DNA from: Caecitellus pseudoparvulus
Lineage: Eukaryota > Protista > Bigyra: Bicosoecida
NCBI GenBank assembly: GCA_965644315.1
Contig: CBFFRQ010000214.1
Location: forward strand, 12,166-76,165
Length of the DNA stretch: 64,000 bases
Direction: 5' to 3'
Both the position numbers and the translations under genes were made by a program. This document shows, one piece after another, positions 57,201-64,000 of this stretch. The stretch's first letter is position 1, and every line of letters begins with the position of its first letter. Below the pieces are notes generated by a model. The model made no database searches, had not been told where the DNA came from, and saw only the letters and a list, made by a program, of their open reading frames with translations.

Positions 57201-60200
57201 TGCTTGGCCCGTTCGCAGCACCACAGACCCTGAGCGCTGGCCCTCCCCGCTGCTGACCAGCACAGAGCCACTGGTGTCTCCGGCCCCACTCCTCACGCTG
57301 ACGCCTCCCCCAATGCCAGATGAGCTGTTACCTGACCGGAGTTGCACAGCACCTCCACGACCACCTGCAACACTGCGCACGTCCAACATAATGCCGGCAT
57401 CAGCGCCTGGTGCCGCCGCCTCCGACACAATGGCCACTCCCCACGCGTTGCTTGAGCTTGGCTGGGCTGCTCCCGACACTCTGACAGAGCGGCCAGCTAC
57501 ACGCACTTCCCCGCGCTCAGTGGACAGTCTGATGTCCCCGCCTGCTTGCCCTCCTGAGCCCGACGCCAGCATGACTCCACCACTCTCAGCAGCATCCCCC
57601 GTGCTAAGCCGCAAGGAACCTGACTGCTGGGAGCTATCACCACTCCCCATGGTCACGTTCCCACTTGCTGTGGACGCGGCACCAGTCGACACAAATATGG
57701 ATCCACTTCTGGTCGCGCCACCCTCAGTTCCGATGGCAACACCGCCTCCACCCCCGCTGATCTGCACCTTGCCACCATTGGCTGCACTTGACCCGCCACC
57801 TCGAACCACCACATCGCCGCCCCGCCCCGACATTGACGAAGCAGCTGCGACGACAATGTCACCGCCTTGGTCAGCTGCAGCACCTGCTGAGAGGATGATA
57901 CTACCCGACACGCCACTTGCAGACTCCCCAGTGTACACGGCAACAGACCCTGACTCGCCCGACGCTGTCCCTGTGCTCACCACGACGGCACCAGACACAT
58001 CTCCGCGGCCCGATGCAACGGACACGTTCCCAGACCTGGCACTGCCAGCACCAGATGCCAGGCGAACGCCACCGCTTGTACCATTGCTGCCACTTGCAGG
58101 CCCGCTGCCAAGGTCAAGAGCACCGCCCGACTCCACCCCACTCCCTGCTGAGACTGAAACATCGCCACCACGCTCACCGGCAGCATTGCCAGCCACCACA
58201 GTGATGTCACCAGACTGCTCCACTGACGCACCTGACCCAAGAGTCACAGAGCCAGATGCACTGCTTGACTCCCCCGTCTGCAGCAGAATGTCACCTGAGC
58301 GTGCTTCCGCGTTCCCCGTCCCAAGCTTCAAGCTCCCTGACATTCCATCAGAGGCCGCCGTGTGCACGTCCACACTCCCTGATCCCAGCGCTCCGGCACC
58401 AGACCGTAGCACAATACCCCCCCCTGACTTCCTGTCGCTGCCGCTGCCGCCCTGCAGAGTCATATTACCGCCTGGTCCCGCCTGGCCTGAACCAGCCAGC
58501 ACAGTCACACTGCCTCCTGACCCCAATGCATCTGTGCTGGCCCCACCCTGCAGAAGAACTGACCCACCACGCTGGCTCCCAGACCCACCAGCAACACGAG
58601 CTGCACCTCCCTGGAGCCCATTCCCAGCTTCCACAGCGACAGAACCACCTGATCCACCCACACCAGAGCCTGCTGCGATGCTCATCGCTCCACCTTGCAC
58701 CTCGCTGTGCCCTGCTTCCAATGACACGGTGCCCCCTGAGCCCTCTTCACTTGGCCCTGCGATCACTGAAATGCCACCGCTTCCAGCGCTGCCGGCGCCT
58801 GTTCCAATGGTCACATGCCCAGACACAGCCGCAGCAGAATCACCCGTGGTGATGCTGATGGGCCCACTGCTGCGTGTGCTTACTGCACCTGTGGAGACGT
58901 ACATGCCACCACTGGGCCCGCTCGAGCTGCTACCGCTGCCCACCACCACCTCACCGCCTTCACCTGCCTCTGACACGCCAGCTCGCATGGTGAGCACCCC
59001 GCCGCGCGCGCCTGCACCGGCTCGCAAAGTCACGTTCCCGCCGATCATGCCGCCCTCGCCAGCTGCCACCCGCACATTCCCAGCCTGCTCTGAGCCCGAA
59101 CCAGCCAACACACTGGAGTCGCCACCAGTGCCTGCAGTGCTCTGGCCCCCCACCACTTGCACACTTCCCCCCATGCCCTCCCCTGCACCAGCGGACACGG
59201 CCACCGCTCCACCAGTTCGGCCTTGCCCACCACTCACAGATGCTTGGGCCGTGTGTGCTACAAGGCGCACGTCACCACCTGCCTGGGCGCCCAGGCCAGC
59301 TTCAATGCGCACAGCGCCTCCACCCCCTGTGCTGCGCCCCGCCGACACAGTCACATTCCCACTTGCTCCTTGAGCTGCATCCCCAGACACCAGAGCCATG
59401 GAGCCACTGCTGCCCGCAGATGCCAACCCAGTCTCAATGGTCACGTTGCCTGAAGTGAGACCGGGGCCACTGCGCAGCGTCAGGCTCCCCCCTGAGTGCC
59501 CGTGCCCACCCACGATCTGCACGTCACCCCCAGCGCCCTGCCCATCACCTGCACTGGCAATGACAGAGCCACCGACCGAGCCAGATCCTGCCAACAAGCT
59601 AGCGCCTCCGCCATGCTCATCAGCACCATCTCCGCCAGACAGCTGCATCTCGCCACCTGCACCGAGTGATGCCGATCCAGCCAGCAGTGCGACACCCCCA
59701 CCCTGCAGGGCCCCGCTCCCACTCTCCATCACGACGTCCCCGCCATGCTTGCCTCCGGCGACAGAGCCTGCCTTGATGGCCACTGAACCGCCAGATCCGC
59801 CCTCCACGCTGCGGCCTGCGCTCACTGCCACTGGCCCAGCACCGTCACGCCCAGCGCCAGAGCCCAGCACCACAGACCCGGACGTCCCCAAACGAGAGGC
59901 ACCACTCACCACAGACACGTTCCCAGACCCCAATGCCCCCATTCCACTGGAGAGGAACACGCCCCCACTGGAGCCCGACGATGCCTCACCACTGCCCACC
60001 TGAACGGACCCTGACGATGCACCGCCGGAGCCAGACACGACACTCAGCGTGCCAGATGCACCCTGGGCGCTGCGCCCACTTGCCAACATGAGAGCACCAC
60101 CTGTCGCGTGGCCAGCTGCATGGCCGGCCGACACAGCCACTGAACCGCCTGCACCTGCCAGGCTGCCCCCACCAACCACCTGCACCTGGCCTGCATCACC

Positions 60201-63200
60201 GCTTGAACTATCACCACTGCCCATGAGCACGCTACCACTCACGCCCCGACTGGCAGCACTTGACACACTAACGGACCCACTGGCCCCCGCCTCGGATGGC
60301 CCCGTCGTGACGTGCACCTCACCACTTGACACAGGGCCCTGGCCCGACGCCACAGACACCCTGCCACCGGCACCAGATGCGCTGCTGCCCCCCAACACAG
60401 ACACACTGCCAGATTGAACACGTGCCAAGCCACTGCCCAGCTGCACTGCACCACTGGCACTGCCAGCGTCACCGCTCATGATGTGCACCGCGCCTGACTG
60501 GCCCCCTCTTGATGTGCCTGACTGCAGATGCAACTGACCGCTCGAGCCGCCCTCCACAGCGCCGCTGCTGACCTCCACACCACCGCTACCATGGCTGCCA
60601 GCTCCCCCCAGCACACTCACACCACCTCCTAGCCCTCCATGAGACCCACCAGCCTGCAGTACGACGGACCCCCCTTCCCCACGGGCTGCAACACCAGCCT
60701 GCAGCACCACGTCGCCACCCGGCCCAGACACTGCACCCCCAGCATGGCCCGTGATGTCCCCTGATGCCCCACTCGCGCTGCTGCCCGTCGACAACAGTAT
60801 GCTGCCGCTGTCACCGTCGCTGCCTGACGAGCTCACACGCACGCCACCTGCGCCTGCATGCACGTCCACGGACCCACCAGCACCCGATGCGACAGACACG
60901 GTGCCACCTTGCGAGCCCCCCCCCGCGGCCACAGTCACATTGCCCCCCGACACTGCACCTTTGCCTGTGCCGACAAACACGTCTCCAGACACGCCAGTCG
61001 CGCTGTCCCCACTGCGCAGAGACACAGACCCGGACGCCTCGCGGCCCTCTCCACTGCGCACTTCCACGCGCCCACCAGTACCACCAGCGCCCCCTCCGAG
61101 GAGGACTGCACCGCCGGTCCCATTCACCGACACACCTGCCTGCACGACCACGGACCCGCCCTCTCCTGTCTCGGATGCACCGGCACTCACCCGCACTGAG
61201 CCACTGGACCCCTGGCGTGCAGATCCGCTGCGCACCGTCACAGACCCAGTGTTCCCAGATACTGCCGCGCCGCTCTGCACCAGCACAGCACCACTTGATG
61301 TGCTGCCTGCTCCATCTTGACTCGACACACGCACGCTGCCTGAGGCGTGCGCGGACTCGGGGCCCTCGTAAAAGCGTTCTTGGCGCGCCTGCATCGCAGC
61401 CAGCACGTCCACTGACAACGATGCGTAGTCAATGCCTGGCACAAGAGAACCGTTCAAGCCTGGTACCATGCGCACGTGCTCTGGAAGTGCTGCTTGCACA
61501 TCCTCAGCCGACAGCACATGATCTGCACCTGGTCCACCCTGGCGTACCTTGAGCTGCATCAAGCGACCCAACACTTCCCGCTTCTCCTCTGCTGTCACAG
61601 TTGGCGCATCAGCGATGCCCGTCGGCACTCGCTGCAGTAGGCGCTTCACTGTCATGTCTCCCTGCACTGTCATGCCATCAGCAGTCAGCTTCAGAGCTGG
61701 TGCGCCGCCAACATTGACACTGACACCTTCACCCCCACTTTGCACAGTCAACGCACCGGTCGACTCCACACTCACGTTCCCTGCAGACTCCAGCGAAATG
61801 CCTGACGCACTCAGTGCCACCGAGCTGCCCCCACCCACAACGGACACTTCATGCCCTTGCACAGCTACACCCCCTTGTGGACCCTCGCTTGATCTCCCTG
61901 CTGCAATGCTCACGTCGCCTCCACGCCCGACGCCGTCGCCAGCATGAAGCACCACGCTTCCACCATCATTGCCACGCCCAGCCACAAGTGCCAACTTGCT
62001 ACCTACGCCCTCTGCCGTGGATGAGCTCAGCAGCTCAATCCCTGTGCCACTCTCATGCTCGCCAGATGCAGCTGCCACGACCACACCATGCCCTGCCAGG
62101 CCCAGCTGTGCTCCAGCAGTCACCGACACGCCACCCGCGCCGCCGACTACCTGCACGCCCCCGCCTTCACCACTGCTTGACTCCCCACCAGCAATCAACA
62201 CCGAACCGCTGCCCACAGCAGCACCACTGCCGCCCATCAAGCTCACAGACCCGCCCCGCCCACCTGCCGAGCTGCCACCCTGCAGAGTGACGTTGCCTGC
62301 ATCCCCAGCCATGCCCACACCAGACGACACTGTCACAGACCCACTGCTGCCAGATGCCGACATGGAGCTGCCAAGCAGCAAGTCCCCACTCCGAACACCG
62401 CCAGCACCAGTCACAAGCTGCACCCGGCCACTCGCCTTCCCCCCTGCACCGGATGACACCATCACGGCGCCTCCACTCCCATCCCGACTCATGCCGGCGT
62501 GCCATGTGATGGACCCACCCTGCTCCCCCGTGCCACCTGCCACAGACACGCTGCCTCCCCGGCTGCCACGCTCAGCCCCGCCGACCAGCCCAGCACGCAC
62601 CTGCACGTTGCCATGCAGACCCTTGCCGTCACCAGCCAGCAAGGAGACATTGCCACTCTCTGTGTGCCCTCTGCCCCCTTGCAGCAACAGTGCCCCGCCA
62701 ACACCTTCGCTGCTGGAGCCGGCCGCCACAGTCACGTTGCCACCGACTGCCTTGCCATGGCCAGCCTGCATGGTCAATGAGCCGCCACCACCACCTCGCA
62801 AGCCGCCGCTCGCACCCGCTGCAATGACCACATCACCCCCACCAATGCGCACACCAGCAGTGCCAGGTGTAGAGCCACCGCCCACTTCCACCGCAATGCT
62901 GCCGCTGACGTCGCCGTCCCCGCTCGACATGTGCACATGGCCACCCTCTCCGCTCAACACTGCTGATGACCCCCCTCGCAAGGTGACACCACCAGAGGAT
63001 CGGGCCACCAATGACACACCACCCCCGCCCTGGCCACCGCTCCCGCCTTGCACGGAAACGTTGCCAGCCACGCCAGCAGCAGCGTCCCCGCTCGCCAGCA
63101 CCACGTCACCCGCAGGCCCATCTGATGCTTGGCCCGTTCGCAGCACCACAGACCCTGAGCGCTGGCCCTCCCCGCTGCTGACCAGCACAGAGCCGCTGGT

Positions 63201-63998
63201 GTCCCCGGCCCCACTCCTCACGCTGACGCCTCCCCCAATGCCAGATGAGCTGTTACCTGACCGGAGTTGCACAGCACCTCCACGACCACCTGCAACACTG
63301 CGCACGTCCAACATAATGCCGGCATCAGCGCCTGGTGCCGCCGCCTCCGACACAATGGCCACTCCCCACGCGTTGCTTGAGCTTGGCTGGGCTGCTCCCG
63401 ACACTCTGACAGAGCGGCCAGCTACACGCACTTCCCCGCGCTCAGTGGACAGTCTGATGTCCCCGCCTGCTTGCCCTCCTGAGCCCGACGCCAGCATGAC
63501 TCCACCACTCTCAGCAGCATCCCCCGTGCTAAGCCGCAAGGAACCTGACTGCTGGGAGCTATCACCACTCCCCATGGTCACGTTCCCACTTGCTGTGGAT
63601 GCGGCACCAGTCGACACAAATATGGATCCACTTCTGGTCGCGCCACCCTCAGTTCCGATGGCAACACCGCCTCCACCCCCGCTGATCTGCACCTTGCCAC
63701 CATTGGCTGCACTTGACCCGCCACCTCGAACCACCACATCGCCGCCCCGCCCCGACATTGACGAAGCAGCTGCGACGACAATGTCACCGCCTTGGTCAGC
63801 TGCAGCACCTGCTGAGAGGATGATACTACCCGACACGCCACTTGCAGACTCCCCAGTGTACACGGCAACAGACCCTGACTCGCCCGACGCTGTCCCTGTG
63901 CTCACCACGACGGCACCAGACACATCTCCGCGGCCCGATGCAACGGACACGTTCCCAGACCTGGCACTGCCAGCACCAGATGCCAGGCGAACGCCACC
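2..63998 (-). CDS. Giant Gly/Ser-rich ~15-aa-repeat (putative beta-helical fibre) protein with six internal Peptidase S74/ICA-type domains; partial at both ends, >=21,333 aa if the two frameshifts are corrected
   Basis: Three consecutive minus-strand open frames join at two C5 runs that are C6 in the paralogous repeat copies. The same peptide motif runs throughout. No intergenic or intron-like DNA was seen. Confidence 0.85.
21938..30576 (-). other. DNA-unique, lower-GC middle zone (~2,880 aa) of degenerate 14-17-aa Gly/Ser repeats
   Basis: No long DNA repeat was seen. Translation keeps the motif, e.g. GGDLKISSGASESGD SGEVTLQTAPSGTAGN SGELSLITGTTDRGA. Confidence 0.85.
31709..32023 (-). other. 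Peptidase S74 / ICA domain, intact copy 2
   Basis: Near-identical DNA to copy 1 at an offset of 5,878 bp (KYRY instead of KYQY). Ser codon 32015-32017, Lys codon 32000-32002. Confidence 0.92.
33272..33276. other. Frameshift: C5 where the paralogous copies have C6
   Basis: gatga-ccccc-tcgc here versus gatga-cccccc-tcgc at ~39273, ~45201, ~51120, ~57045 and ~62970. Confidence 0.93.
33274..36900 (-). CDS. Segment 2 of the giant protein (~1,209 aa)
   Basis: ORF track 33256..36849. It is near-identical to the in-frame repeat copy ~6,002 bp away, and the tail HQQC is frameshift run-on. Confidence 0.88.
36898..36902. other. Frameshift: C5 where the paralogous copies have C6
   Basis: gga-ccccc-tt here versus gga-cccccc-tt at ~31019, ~42900, ~48819, ~54744 and ~60669. 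Confidence 0.93.
36900..63998 (-). CDS. Segment 1 of the giant protein (~9,033 aa; super-repeat zone, 4 degenerate and 1 intact ICA)
   Basis: ORF track 36858..63950 (9030 aa). The frame stays open to the window edge, so the called start is internal. The terminal PSYCRLVGLMEG is out-of-frame run-on after the deletion. Confidence 0.9.
37587..37901 (-). other. Peptidase S74 / intramolecular chaperone autoprocessing (ICA) domain, intact copy 1
   Basis: SPSDRRIKTDIQDVDDDDVLQRLLRLRVTKYQYTPEW...RGVIAQEVQEVMPEYV...NFHEVDKTKITIDLLAALHARSRRF. It shows the SDxRxK start with Ser (37893-37895) and Lys at +5 (37878-37880), the GxIAQEV motif and a C-terminal helix, as in MYRF and phage endosialidase chaperones. 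Confidence 0.92.
43602..43892 (-). other. Degenerate (probably non-cleaving) ICA-like domain
   Basis: GDMTVKRLLQRVPTGIADAPTVTAEEKREVLGRLMQLKVRQ...HVLSAEDVQAALPEHV...IDYASLSVDVLAAMQARQERF aligns by eye to the intact copy (VLQRLLRLRV; GVIAQEVQEVMPEYV; VDKTKITIDLLAALHARSRRF). It lacks SDxxxK and occupies the same slot of the super-repeat. Confidence 0.75.
49521..49811 (-). other. Degenerate ICA-like domain
   Basis: Copy of 43602-43892 at +5,919 bp. Confidence 0.75.
55446..55736 (-). other. Degenerate ICA-like domain
   Basis: Copy at a further +5,925 bp. Confidence 0.75.
61371..61661 (-). other. Degenerate ICA-like domain
   Basis: Copy at a further +5,925 bp. Confidence 0.75.
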
Positions 63999-64000
63999 GC

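Larger units (their letters stand above)
30577..64000. repeat. Coding super-repeat, ~5.6 copies, period 5,879-6,002 bp (~1,975 aa), with constant blocks and two variable cassette slots
   Basis: The same anchor recurs at 30979, 36858, 42860, 48779, 54704 and 60629 (spacings 5879, 6002, 5919, 5925, 5925). Confidence 0.96.

Noticed and set aside
50119-59373. Two 1109-aa plus-strand ORFs and the other Pro-rich plus ORFs in 22491-61947
   Set aside because: Same shadow register. They shift frame with the minus gene, fragment in unique DNA and contain no recognisable domain.
164-63868. Many 60-260-aa His/Cys/Arg-rich ORFs on both strands
   Set aside because: Off-frame readings of GC-rich coding repeats that are copied with each unit.
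63924-63935. RGD motif (SGRGDVSG) in the type C cassette
   Set aside because: Expected by chance in Gly-rich sequence; no supporting context.
36858-63950. Assignment as PE-PGRS, silk, collagen or ice-nucleation protein
   Set aside because: Only compositional similarity; it lacks GGAGG/GGN runs, Gly-X-Y triplets, poly-Ala/GAGAGS and the AGYGSTxT octamer.

Overview
The whole 64-kb window reads as an internal piece of one giant minus-strand gene. It has no start, stop or visible intron inside the window and spans at least 21,333 codons. It is broken only by two single-base deletions in C6 homopolymers (36898-36902 and 33272-33276). The ORF track misses the last 11,091 codons (33274 down to 2) because that frame has no stop before the window edge; the long plus-strand Pro/Thr ORFs are antisense shadows. 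The protein is Gly/Ser/Ala/Val/Thr-rich and built from a ~15-residue motif, (S/G)G-x-hydrophobic-x-hydrophobic-x-(S/T/A)-G-x4-G-x, compatible with a beta-helix or solenoid fibre. From N to C it has three zones: (i) ~5.6 copies of a ~5.9-kb super-repeat with swappable cassettes (64000-30577); (ii) ~8.6 kb of DNA-unique, lower-GC sequence with the same motif (30576-21938); (iii) a homogenised array of 50 units of 459 or 369 bp (21937-1). The main observation is that each super-repeat carries a Peptidase S74/MYRF-type intramolecular chaperone (ICA) domain. Four are degenerate, lacking the Ser-Lys dyad, and the last two are intact (PSDRRIK). This suggests a giant trimeric fibre with periodic built-in folding chaperones and internal self-cleavage. 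The host cannot be determined; a eukaryotic microbe is my best guess.
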